From the IMG/VR virus record IMGVR_UViG_637000268_000004, positions 428 to 64,427 of that record: a DNA stretch of 64,000 nt; one strand, given 5' to 3'. This document shows, one piece after another, positions 55,900-64,000 of the stretch (the first letter of the stretch is position 1; every line of letters starts with the position of its first letter). The DNA comes from a virus. The notes below the pieces were generated by a model. That model worked only from the letters and a program-made list of their open reading frames with translations. It was not told the origin of the DNA and ran no database searches. The position numbers and the translations under genes were made by a program.

Positions 55900-57106
55900 T
55901 TCCAGCCTCCAATTGCTTGCCTACCTCGGTGATCGGCACGTTCTGCATCTGCATTCGCGGCACCTCGCCGCCCGCCACCGGGGGCTTGTTCTCCAGCGCG
56001 CGCACCTCATTGATGGTCAGCCAGCCGTTCTGCAGGCCAGACTGGTAGAAATCGGCGCGCGACTTGCTGTCTCCGCGAAGCAGCCCTTCCAGGTTGAATT
56101 CGATCATCAGCCCGCGCGCCCGTTCAGCAGGGGTCAGGAGCTGTTTCATCAGCGCCTGCTCAATCCGCTTGATGCGGCGGCGAAGGGTGAACTTCTGAAA
56201 CGCAAGGGTTTGCTGCTCCAAGCCAGTTCCCCAACTCGTGCTTTTCTCTGTGTGCCCAACCATATGCGGCGGCACGCCGAAAAACCGGCAGATTTCCTCC
56301 ACCGAGAAGCGTCGGCTTTCCAGCATTTGCGCATCATCGGGGTTGATCGTGAATGGCACCCAATTGGTGCCACCCTCCAGAACAATTGGGCGCCCGGAGT
56401 TCTGCGCCCCCACCATGTCGTCAACCAAAGTGGATTTGGCCCGGGCCCGCTGCTCATCAGTCAGCCAATTGTCAAATTTCAACGCGCCAGAGGGGCGCAT
56501 CCCGTTCTTGAACGTCTCACCCGCTGCTCGGTCAACCGCACGTGCCAAGCCGAAAGCATTGCGAGCGAATTGTAGGGTAGACATGCCGCCAAGCGGCGAA
56601 CCTCCAAAACCGCGAACGTGCAGCACAGCGCCGTCAAGCTCCCGATGGGTTTTGCCATCTTCCGACCAACGATATTCGATTTCACCGGTCGGCAGACGGC
56701 GAACCCTCATCAGATCTGGCGCGACAGGCACTAGGCCGACGATCTTGCCATTTTCCCGCAAGATATGCGCGTAGGCGTTGCCCCACAGCTCCAGAGACGC
56801 CGCCATAAATTCCCAGAAGTCCAGCGCTGTCTGATCATAGTTCGGGCTGTCATGCAGCAGTCGGTAAACGACGTGCGAGCGGTCAACGGTGCGCGTTTGG
56901 CCGTTCCGGCGATACACCATCAACGGAAGCGAGCCGATTGTTCCCGCAATCAAGTTGGTGCAGGCCCAAACCGTCGAAATTCCGAGCGCGCTATGCCCGG
57001 TGACGATCTCCCCCGCATCACTGGCACGATGAAGTCCCATCTGGTGAGCATCAGTCAGCCCAAAGCGGCGAATGATCATGGATTTCAAGCGATCTCGCAG
57101 ACCCAT
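55883..57106 (-). CDS. Portal protein (HK97 family)
   Basis: LWGNAY, EICRFFGVPP, INEVRALEN. Confidence 0.95.
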   Translation of the reverse strand: MGLRDRLKSMIIRRFGLTDAHQMGLHRASDAGEIVTGHSALGISTVWACTNLIAGTIGSLPLMVYRRNGQTRTVDRSHVVYRLLHDSPNYDQTALDFWEFMAASLELWGNAYAHILRENGKIVGLVPVAPDLMRVRRLPTGEIEYRWSEDGKTHRELDGAVLHVRGFGGSPLGGMSTLQFARNAFGLARAVDRAAGETFKNGMRPSGALKFDNWLTDEQRARAKSTLVDDMVGAQNSGRPIVLEGGTNWVPFTINPDDAQMLESRRFSVEEICRFFGVPPHMVGHTEKSTSWGTGLEQQTLAFQKFTLRRRIKRIEQALMKQLLTPAERARGLMIEFNLEGLLRGDSKSRADFYQSGLQNGWLTINEVRALENKPPVAGGEVPRMQMQNVPITEVGKQLEAGNDDDA

Positions 57107-58888
57107 TTAGCCGCCCCCAAGTGAAGCAAAATAGTCGTCCAATCCGGACTTCGTTTTCATCGCCGCGGTGGCTGACCCTACGGCCATCGCTAGGGTGACA
57201 ACCCCATCGATCCGGCCCCGCGAACGTGATTTGTCGAACATCCGGTTGCCGAAACCATCCTCGCGGATGATCGCGTTGCGCGCGCAGATGCTGGTGAGCT
57301 TGTTGCGATCGATCTTGACCGTGCCTTTCAGCATGTGGTCCTCAAGCTGTGTGATCGAAGTCGGCATACAGAGGAACTTTCCGTCGAAGCTGACGTTCGT
57401 GCCTTGCTTATGCCTGACAATTTTCAGGCCGCTGCCCGGCTTGTCGTCGCCTTCTTCGATCCAATACGCGAAACCCGCCTTATCGAAGGCCTCGCAGAGC
57501 TTTTCCATGTGGGCGCTGTCGATAGCCATCTGCACCACTGAGTGGCGTCCACAAAAGTCGATAATCTTCGCCGCAATGAACGTGTAGTCGATTACGCGCC
57601 CCGGCGTGACTTCTATCAGGTCCGCCGCTTCCAACTCGCGATAAGGGATCGCATCTGCCGTTGATCGCTCTTCGATCTCAAATTCACGAGTCCAATACCA
57701 TGATTTGACATCGATCCTTTCGCCCTCCCACGCCACCGCGAGCGCGGTGAGGTCGTTCTTCTCGGAGAGGTCGAGCGCCAAATGCGCCCGGCGGCCGATC
57801 ATCTTCGCATCATCGACCTTGCCCTGCACTTCCTTCCATGCCTGCTCAGAGGTCCAGAACCCTGCAGAGCCTACCGGGATTCCGAAATACAGGCGCTTTG
57901 TGGTCAGCTGCGTGCTGATCTGCTGTTTCGCCGTCACTACCAGCTTGCGCACGTTGTCCACCGGATAGGTGATGCCCAGGGCGGGCAACGCCTTAACCCA
58001 GCAGCTTTCGTCTTCCAGCGGGTCGTCGCCCTCGTCCACCCGCGCGATATATGCAAACACGCTGTCGTCAGTGAAGTCGCCGGTCACCACCTTCTGGCAA
58101 AACTCGCTGTAGTCCGTCCCCACCTGCTGGTCTGCGCTTGGGGTGTTCGTTCCAAGCATCAGTATGCTGTCACCGTGTTTCTTGGTGACTGCGGCCCGCC
58201 ACATCTCAATCGCCTTGCCGCTTTTCATCTCGTGGATCTCATCGCCAGCCACAAGGATCGGCTTTGGCCCCGAAACGCTGTCATTGTTCGCGATGGGCCG
58301 CATGAATGATCCGCTGTCGGGATGCTCGACGCTGTAGGCAAGGTCGCCGGTGCCGCGGATCACAAACGCCGCGTCTTCCAGCGTCATGCCGCCTTTGCCT
58401 GGGATCGGCGCCCGAAGCATCGCCACCGCATCGCGGAACATAACCCGCGCCGTGTCCTTCGTTTCCCCGATGCAGTAGACCTCGGCCCGCTTCCGGCCAT
58501 AGAACCCGCTGAGATAGATACCTACAGCCGCCATGAGCGGCGATTTCGCTTGCCCCTTGCCGGTTTCCAGCCACACGAACCGGAACCGGATGAAACCTTC
58601 CGCTGTTCGCCAGCCGAAAATCGACCCTACCACGAACAAGTGCCAGGGCAGCAGCTTGAATGGCTCGCCCTCCTTGGCCCCTTCGGTGATCGACAACATG
58701 GCCGGAAAGAACCGAATGGCCCGCTCGGCCTGCTCAATATCCCACTGCAACCCGCGCGCCGGGCCATGCTTCAGATCATCTAGGTGCCGCTGGCATTGCG
58801 CCCGCACGAATGCGCCCGCTACGATCTTTCCCGAAACCACATCCCGCGCGTATCGCGTGGTCTGGTCAATGCGCTCCGAGGAACTCAT
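57107..58888 (-). CDS. terL: Terminase large subunit
   Basis: TGKGQAKS Walker A, GDEIHE Walker B, LDLS and RIDGVV nuclease motifs. Confidence 0.93.
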   Translation of the reverse strand: MSSSERIDQTTRYARDVVSGKIVAGAFVRAQCQRHLDDLKHGPARGLQWDIEQAERAIRFFPAMLSITEGAKEGEPFKLLPWHLFVVGSIFGWRTAEGFIRFRFVWLETGKGQAKSPLMAAVGIYLSGFYGRKRAEVYCIGETKDTARVMFRDAVAMLRAPIPGKGGMTLEDAAFVIRGTGDLAYSVEHPDSGSFMRPIANNDSVSGPKPILVAGDEIHEMKSGKAIEMWRAAVTKKHGDSILMLGTNTPSADQQVGTDYSEFCQKVVTGDFTDDSVFAYIARVDEGDDPLEDESCWVKALPALGITYPVDNVRKLVVTAKQQISTQLTTKRLYFGIPVGSAGFWTSEQAWKEVQGKVDDAKMIGRRAHLALDLSEKNDLTALAVAWEGERIDVKSWYWTREFEIEERSTADAIPYRELEAADLIEVTPGRVIDYTFIAAKIIDFCGRHSVVQMAIDSAHMEKLCEAFDKAGFAYWIEEGDDKPGSGLKIVRHKQGTNVSFDGKFLCMPTSITQLEDHMLKGTVKIDRNKLTSICARNAIIREDGFGNRMFDKSRSRGRIDGVVTLAMAVGSATAAMKTKSGLDDYFASLGGG

Positions 58889-59273
58889 CTGCTGCCGTCT
58901 TTTCCGGTGTCTTCTTCGGCGCCTCTGCTTTTGCGCCTACGCTCTCAGGCGTCAGCGTGAGCGCCTTTTCCAGCTTGCCGATCTGCTCGGCCATGTTCTT
59001 CACTTGCGACCAGAGCATGTTCACGTACTGCCCGCCGTCGCCACTCTCCCGCACCGGCCCCTGCGCCACAGCCAGCGGCTGATAATGCAGATATTCGGCA
59101 GTCATGCGCACCAGCCGGTCCAGTGTCCGCGCACGCGCCCGGTTCCAAAGCCCACGAGCCTCAAGGTCGGCCTTGTATTCCTCCCAGAGCACTTTGGCCT
59201 GCTCAGCCATCGGCCCGCCCTCGTCGTGACCGGCGAAAACATCGTCATATCGGGGGCGCTGGATGCGGGTCAT
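58866..59273 (-). CDS. terS: Terminase small subunit (P27-like)
   Basis: W..Y..DL...L..LTP.S pattern directly upstream of terL. Confidence 0.75.
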   Translation of the reverse strand: MTRIQRPRYDDVFAGHDEGGPMAEQAKVLWEEYKADLEARGLWNRARARTLDRLVRMTAEYLHYQPLAVAQGPVRESGDGGQYVNMLWSQVKNMAEQIGKLEKALTLTPESVGAKAEAPKKTPEKTAADEFLGAH

Positions 59274-59431
59274 GGGACACCCCTACTTTCGGGAGCAGAT
59301 ATTGCGCACGGAGGACCGGCGATAGGTTTCCAGTGTGGAGGCCTGAACTTTGGACCTCCCCCCCCCTACCCTCAGAACGGCGCGGGAGCGGCCAAAACCA
59401 GCCCGCCACAAGGGCGAAACGCTATGGCTCG

Positions 59432-59761
59432 TCACCACTCCTGCCCCACACGCTCCTTGGCCTGAGCGATCAGCTCAGCGTCTCCTGCGTGTGCGGCCTC
59501 GATCGATGCGCAGTGGGTGGAGTGACAACCAGAGCAGACCAGCGCCAGGTTCGTCAATTCGTAGGCGAGATCAGGACGGAGGCGCCATGGACGGAGGTGA
59601 TCCACCACAGCAGTACGTTTACCTGTCTTGCCCCGGAGGCTCGCCGGTATCGGCTGGTTGCACATACGGCACTTGCCGCCTTGCTGTGCATAGAGAGTAG
59701 CTGCGAAACGGTCACGGGCTGCGCTGCCCTTGCGGCCAGAGAATGGGTGCCTCTCGCTCAT
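59432..59761 (-). CDS. HNH endonuclease
   Basis: CRMC...VVDH...NLALVCSGCH. Confidence 0.9.
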   Translation of the reverse strand: MSERHPFSGRKGSAARDRFAATLYAQQGGKCRMCNQPIPASLRGKTGKRTAVVDHLRPWRLRPDLAYELTNLALVCSGCHSTHCASIEAAHAGDAELIAQAKERVGQEW

Positions 59762-59863
59762 TCGCACCCCGTCTGTTGTGGAGATTGCCGGGCATCCCGC
59801 CCGATTGGTTCTATTTGTGCAACTGAGCAGCGCCCTTTCCGGTATCCTGCCGGTGGGCGATGT

Positions 59864-59998
59864 TCACTTTTGTGCGGTTTTGGCCTTGCGAACAGCGTCA
59901 TCCAGCTTTGCGATCCGCATCGGGCGCGGGTCATCTTGCCAGCCGTCCGGCTCCTTGACTGCAAAACGCGCTAGGGCATCAAGGTACTTGCGTTCCAT
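59864..59998 (-). CDS. Small hypothetical protein (44 aa)
   Basis: Hand-translated MERKYLDALARFAVKEP...; plausible RBS. Confidence 0.35.
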   Translation of the reverse strand: MERKYLDALARFAVKEPDGWQDDPRPMRIAKLDDAVRKAKTAQK

Positions 59999-60306
59999 GT
60001 CCGTGCTCCAGTTCAAGTTCCCGCCGCCCTGCATTCAGCAGGATAATGCCATGACCCCTCTACACCTTGCTGTTGACGCTCTAGCGCATGCAGGGCTTTG
60101 ACCAGTGGCGGGTGATACTGGGGAGGAATGGTGTGAGGGTGTGAGGGTGTGGTCTAAGGATGCTGCGGCGCGAAAGCCGGTTCAAGCATAGGAATTGCAG
60201 CAGCACGCGCCCTTTCCTCAGTTCCGAAACCGGGGGCGCGTGGACGGGCCGACCGGAGCGATCCTGGTGCGACCTTGCGAAGAGAATACCACATCTTGGG
60301 ATTGCA

Positions 60307-60876
60307 TCAAGAGGCAGCTCGCACATCCAGCGGATCAATCTTCACGCGCGTCAGGCGACCGAGGATCTCGATCTGCGCCTCGATCATCGGGTATGAGTCG
60401 TGTGCAGCCTCAACCATCCGGGTGAACTTCACCAGTCGCTCAGCGAAGGGGCCAGCCAGAACGTCGAGCGCCTCCCCCGGCTGAAACTGGCACATTGCAG
60501 CGCGATCGCGGCTTTCGATGATCCGTTCTGCATCAGCGTTCTCTGATTTCACCTTGGCGATGAAGGGTTTTACATGGTGCAAGACTTCTTGGGCCGGCAC
60601 AGCCATGAGGGAAGCGCTCAACCCTCGGCATTGGATCGCGCGGGTAAACATGGACGCAGGGATCTCTGCGAAGATGTATCCCGGCAGATACGCGCTTGTG
60701 ATCGGTTCGGCGTGGCGCTTCTTGCCGACCCGCTTAAACTCGATCCTGCGGGGGGCGTGGGCCTCGATGCCCAACGCGCGCAGCTGGCGCTCCACCGCGA
60801 ACTCTCCGCGCTCTTTTTCGGCGCCGGGTTCGGGTGCGATGTGCCGGGTGGTCGTTCTGCCCAGATACCACGTCAT
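60307..60876 (-). CDS. NusG-family transcription antiterminator
   Basis: WYL...E..V...L, YLPGYIF, KOW GPFA...ILGR. Confidence 0.85.
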   Translation of the reverse strand: MTWYLGRTTTRHIAPEPGAEKERGEFAVERQLRALGIEAHAPRRIEFKRVGKKRHAEPITSAYLPGYIFAEIPASMFTRAIQCRGLSASLMAVPAQEVLHHVKPFIAKVKSENADAERIIESRDRAAMCQFQPGEALDVLAGPFAERLVKFTRMVEAAHDSYPMIEAQIEILGRLTRVKIDPLDVRAAS

Positions 60877-60898
60877 TTTGCCTGTCTCCTGCCTTTGG

Positions 60899-61153
60899 TT
60901 ATTTGCTGAGGTCTACGGGTTCCGGATTGAACAGGAACTCGCGCGTGCATCCAGTGAGAGCGCAGAGAGCGTCGATGTATTCATCCGGTGGTCTGGTGCC
61001 ACGCGCGCGAAGGCTCGATACTGCGGCGCAGCTCTTGCCGATGCTTGCTGACCACTCAGTGAACGTGACCTGACCAACAACGAGGGCGACCTCGACGCGC
61101 TCCCAGAACTCTGGGGGCATGCGGTCTTTCAGGGGGCGTCCTCTCATAGCCAT
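60899..61153 (-). CDS. Small HTH-like protein
   Basis: FTEWSASIGKSCAAVSSL...LCALTG...LF resembles an XRE HTH. Confidence 0.55.
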   Translation of the reverse strand: MAMRGRPLKDRMPPEFWERVEVALVVGQVTFTEWSASIGKSCAAVSSLRARGTRPPDEYIDALCALTGCTREFLFNPEPVDLSK

Positions 61154-61629
61154 CAGAAAGGCACCTCGTCGTCATCGATGCTCTGACTGTCAGAGCCGTA
61201 TCCGCTGCCCTGAGTTCCATCGGAGTCGTATCCACCGCCGTAGCCGCTATTTTCATAGCCGGACTGCTGAGTTCCTCCAGCCCCGTCCAGCATGGTTAGC
61301 GTGGAGCCAAAGCCATGCAACACGATCTCGGTTGAATAGCGGTCCTGACCGCTCTGGTCCTGCCACTTGCGGGTTTGTAGCTGGCCTTCGACATAAACCC
61401 TTGACCCTTTGCGCAGGTATTGCTCGGCCACGCGCACCAGACCTTCATTAAAGATCGCAACGGAGTGCCATTCGGTCTTTTCGCGGCGCTCGCCCGTGTT
61501 GCGGTCTTTCCAAGATTCGGAGGTCGCGATGCGGAGGTTGCAGACCTCGCCTCCGCTCTGGAAGGTCCGGACTTCCGGATCGCGGCCAAGGTTGCCTATC
61601 AGCATAACTTTGTTCAGCGATCCAGCCAT
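61153..61629 (-). CDS. ssb: Single-stranded DNA-binding protein
   Basis: [16 protein letters not shown]...EGQLQTRKW...DDEVPF. Confidence 0.97.
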   Translation of the reverse strand: MAGSLNKVMLIGNLGRDPEVRTFQSGGEVCNLRIATSESWKDRNTGERREKTEWHSVAIFNEGLVRVAEQYLRKGSRVYVEGQLQTRKWQDQSGQDRYSTEIVLHGFGSTLTMLDGAGGTQQSGYENSGYGGGYDSDGTQGSGYGSDSQSIDDDEVPF

Positions 61630-61850
61630 CAATCGGCCTCCTTAGACGTTAGTTCGGGATATGCCGCGTCCAGAGACGCGCGATTCCAGCGAAGGCCACG
61701 GGAATAGATGTACGAGCCAAGTGCTGCCTGGCTCATTTCAAGTTTGGCCGCCACCTTGGGAAGGCTGCTGTCGATATGAGCGTGGATAGCGCGCATCTTC
61801 TCCAGTTCGTGGCGGCGAAGGATCTCGGGCCATGTCTCCGGGGCGCTCAT
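61629..61850 (-). CDS. Hypothetical HTH-like protein
   Basis: Coupled ORF in the replication operon. Confidence 0.55.
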   Translation of the reverse strand: MSAPETWPEILRRHELEKMRAIHAHIDSSLPKVAAKLEMSQAALGSYIYSRGLRWNRASLDAAYPELTSKEAD

Positions 61851-62623
61851 GACGGGTCACCCATCATGCAATCGCCTCGCAGGGCGATATCTACAGCAGC
61901 CTCGCGATCTTTCCTCGACTGGCGCGGGAACATCTCGTCAACCATGGCCTGAATGCGGGCGCGTTCCTCGTTTGTTGGCGGACGGCGCTTCGGTTCCGGG
62001 TCTGGCGCGGGTTGAGACAGGGCGGCGATCATGTGGCGGCGAGGACTGGCCTTAGCCTCACACAGTCGCTCCAATTCGGCCCACGATGGGAACCACTTCC
62101 ACGAATGCTGCAAAAGCGCGTGACGGACCACATCAGCGGGGTATTGCGCCAAACGAGAGGAATATGCGGTGAGCTGAAGTTCTGCCGCGATACCGTCAGT
62201 GCCGCGCCCCGCTGTGAGAACCGAAAGCTCGGCCAGCCAGCGCTCAATCTGCGGAATAGGCGCAGGCGTCTGAAACTTCTTCAGATCTTCAATCGCAGCC
62301 TCGCGCTGAGCCGTGGTCCCGTGAATGCGGCAGCCGACTGCAACCTCGTAGCTGGGGAGATACTCGCCATTGGGGCCAGTCGGATAACGGCCCTCAAATT
62401 TGACCTCCAAATTGACGCCGTGCGACCGCGCCCGCGAGACCGCCGCCTTGTCCATGTCCGCCGGGGTATGCTTGGCCAGCCATTCGGCGATTTCGGATGA
62501 ATTTTGGCGCGACGTCGCGACAGCGGTTGCGCCACGTTTGCCGCCAACCGCGTCGAGACTTTCTTCCGCCAGCGTCTGTCCGGTCTGTCCAATAGGCATG
62601 AAAGTCATCTGCGATCTCCTCAA
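61847..62623 (-). CDS. Replication accessory protein (helicase-loader position); true start probably near 62460-62520
   Basis: Follows and overlaps the initiator; L..YPADV...W.WFPSWAEL pattern. Confidence 0.55.
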   Translation of the reverse strand: MRRSQMTFMPIGQTGQTLAEESLDAVGGKRGATAVATSRQNSSEIAEWLAKHTPADMDKAAVSRARSHGVNLEVKFEGRYPTGPNGEYLPSYEVAVGCRIHGTTAQREAAIEDLKKFQTPAPIPQIERWLAELSVLTAGRGTDGIAAELQLTAYSSRLAQYPADVVRHALLQHSWKWFPSWAELERLCEAKASPRRHMIAALSQPAPDPEPKRRPPTNEERARIQAMVDEMFPRQSRKDREAAVDIALRGDCMMGDPS

Positions 62624-63146
62624 TCTCGGCCTCGGTCAAATTCAATGAAAGGGCGTATTCTCGGTCTTCGTCACTGGGGCACCAGTCCTCGGGCAGCCGT
62701 GCCTTGACTGGCTTTTTCGGATTTTCCGGCTGGGGAACTACAAGGGGTAATGACGGTTCATTGATGGTTACTGACGGTTTGGGTGCATCTGGTGCGGGGG
62801 TAGACCCGCATTTCGTGCGGGGGGGGGGTGCATCTGGTGCGGGGTGCATTTCGTGCGGGGGTGCATCTGGTGCGGGGGGTGGCGTAGGTGTTGGGCGGAC
62901 GAAATAGAGGTTGGACCCATTCCGCCCGGCCCCCGGTATGATCTCCACATAGCCCTGCGCCTGGAGTTTCCTGATGTTCGTCTGCACCGCTCGCTCCCCG
63001 AGCCCTGTGCGCTGGCACAGGCGGGTGATTGATGGATAGCAGCGGCCCTCGTCGTCAGCATGATCAGCGAGTGCGAGCATGATGAGACGCTCTGTGGCTC
63101 CCAGTGTTTCGCTTTCGAAAACGGCTGACATGATGCGGATGCTCAT
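62394..63146 (-). CDS. Replication initiator (O-like, N-terminal HTH_36-type domain)
   Basis: RLIMLALADHADDEGRCYPSI..L...TG..R.V; internal iterons. Confidence 0.85.
   Translation of the reverse strand: MSIRIMSAVFESETLGATERLIMLALADHADDEGRCYPSITRLCQRTGLGERAVQTNIRKLQAQGYVEIIPGAGRNGSNLYFVRPTPTPPPAPDAPPHEMHPAPDAPPPRTKCGSTPAPDAPKPSVTINEPSLPLVVPQPENPKKPVKARLPEDWCPSDEDREYALSLNLTEAEIEEIADDFHAYWTDRTDAGGRKSRRGWRQTWRNRCRDVAPKFIRNRRMAGQAYPGGHGQGGGLAGAVARRQFGGQI
62781..62879 (+). repeat. Five iteron-like repeats (GCATYTSGTGCGGGG) inside the initiator gene; putative P2 origin
   Basis: gggtgcatctggtgcgggg x3 and gcatttcgtgcgggg x2; includes a G10 tract at 62819-62828. Confidence 0.75.
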
Positions 63147-63499
63147 GGCTGGCCTCCAATCTCGATATAAACCGCCCCGCCCTTCTCGACGGGGCCAAAC
63201 TCTGTCGGGAACACGCAGCGAAACCCCACGTCATCAACCTTCATCGCGTCGGCAATCCCATCGATGGCAGCCTTCATGGTGGCTGGCAGATTGTGGGTGT
63301 CGCGGCGGCGGCGATCAGGCGGGCAGAAACGAAACGTGAGAACCGCAGCTGGGTCTCTCGGCCACTTGGCTTCCAATGCTAGTGCCCATGCCTCCTTGCG
63401 CTGTGTGCGCTTGGCTGCGGCCCTCACCATGTGGCTGGCCTTCTCATTGTCCCAGAGGGCGCGGCGGGGCCAAGAGAGGCGAATGGTGGTGGACTTCAT
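63143..63499 (-). CDS. RusA-like Holliday junction resolvase
   Basis: F.PPDRRRRD..N...K..IDGIADA..VDD. Confidence 0.75.
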   Translation of the reverse strand: MKSTTIRLSWPRRALWDNEKASHMVRAAAKRTQRKEAWALALEAKWPRDPAAVLTFRFCPPDRRRRDTHNLPATMKAAIDGIADAMKVDDVGFRCVFPTEFGPVEKGGAVYIEIGGQP

Positions 63500-64000
63500 G
63501 CGGCCGCCCCCTGAAACTTGTCGACCTCGTTCCCGAACACGTCCCAGCCTGTCCGCTCTTGGCGGCTGAAAAGCTCTAGCCTAGGAACATCACCGCAAAG
63601 GGCCTCAGCTGCTGCGAAAGCCTCCTCTGGCTTTCGAGAATGCTCGCGCAAGGGCCCTTCGATTACCGATCGAACGTTTCTCGCGGTCTTTGGATTCCCA
63701 ACGGTGCCGATCAGGAAGGGTTCACCGGCACAACGAAGGATATAGCCCGTGCCGAAGGCTTGCTTACCGCCGGAGGTCTTCTTTGACCAATGGCCTGCGG
63801 TCTTGGATTGGAACCCCCATGCCTCCATGACCTCGAAAGCCTTATCCAGCAGCGGGTTGGTGGCCCAAAGCCACAAAACGCAGCTTTCAGCCGCTAGATG
63901 ACCGACCTGCATTCCCTTGATGTCGTCCAGGCCGATGCAATCATATTTCGCGCTTGCGTTCTTGTGGTCTCCTTTTGCCGACCAATTCTCATAAGACCAC
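63496..64000 (-). CDS. MT-A70-family N6-adenine methyltransferase (5' end outside the window)
   Basis: Frame open to the edge (WSYENWS..KNASAKYDC); LWLWAT, AWGF, GTGY..R..E..LIG, REHSRKPE. Confidence 0.88.
   Translation of the reverse strand, partial: WSYENWSAKGDHKNASAKYDCIGLDDIKGMQVGHLAAESCVLWLWATNPLLDKAFEVMEAWGFQSKTAGHWSKKTSGGKQAFGTGYILRCAGEPFLIGTVGNPKTARNVRSVIEGPLREHSRKPEEAFAAAEALCGDVPRLELFSRQERTGWDVFGNEVDKFQGAAA

Larger units (their letters stand above)
35946..64000. mobile_element. Prophage P2 (siphovirus-type, HK97-like head; immunity/integrase end outside the window)
   Basis: Second full lysis-tail-head-terminase-replication set in the same orientation, starting at the att core. Confidence 0.95.

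Overview
The whole window is temperate-phage DNA, most likely from an alphaproteobacterial host (Rhodobacteraceae-like, inferred from the SSB and phage protein families). It holds two siphovirus-type prophages in tandem. They are joined at 35946-35999 by the 3' half of a tRNA-Leu(TAA), which looks like an att core; the tRNA is not intact here. Prophage 1 (P1, <1-35999) is almost complete, with lysis, tail, head, packaging, NusG-like late regulator, primase/helicase replicon, cro/cI switch and xis/int. Prophage 2 (P2, 35946->64000) has a serine-recombinase cargo region, lysis, tail, an unrelated HK97-type head/terminase module, NusG-like gene, ssb, an O-like initiator with iterons, RusA and an MT-A70 methylase. 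About 12 kb of lysis/tail genes are near-identical between the two, apart from a swapped receptor-binding cassette and a swapped moron slot, while heads and replicons are unrelated. The best candidate for an undescribed system lies in P1 between the repressor and the left operator: a convergent gene pair encoding an XRE-HTH/PAS-like sensor and a GNAT/acyl-synthase (LuxI-fold-like) protein, next to a repressor with no autocleavage domain. All family assignments are from motif recognition by eye; no searches were run. Many start codons were moved from the supplied ORF track using RBS and gene-overlap evidence.
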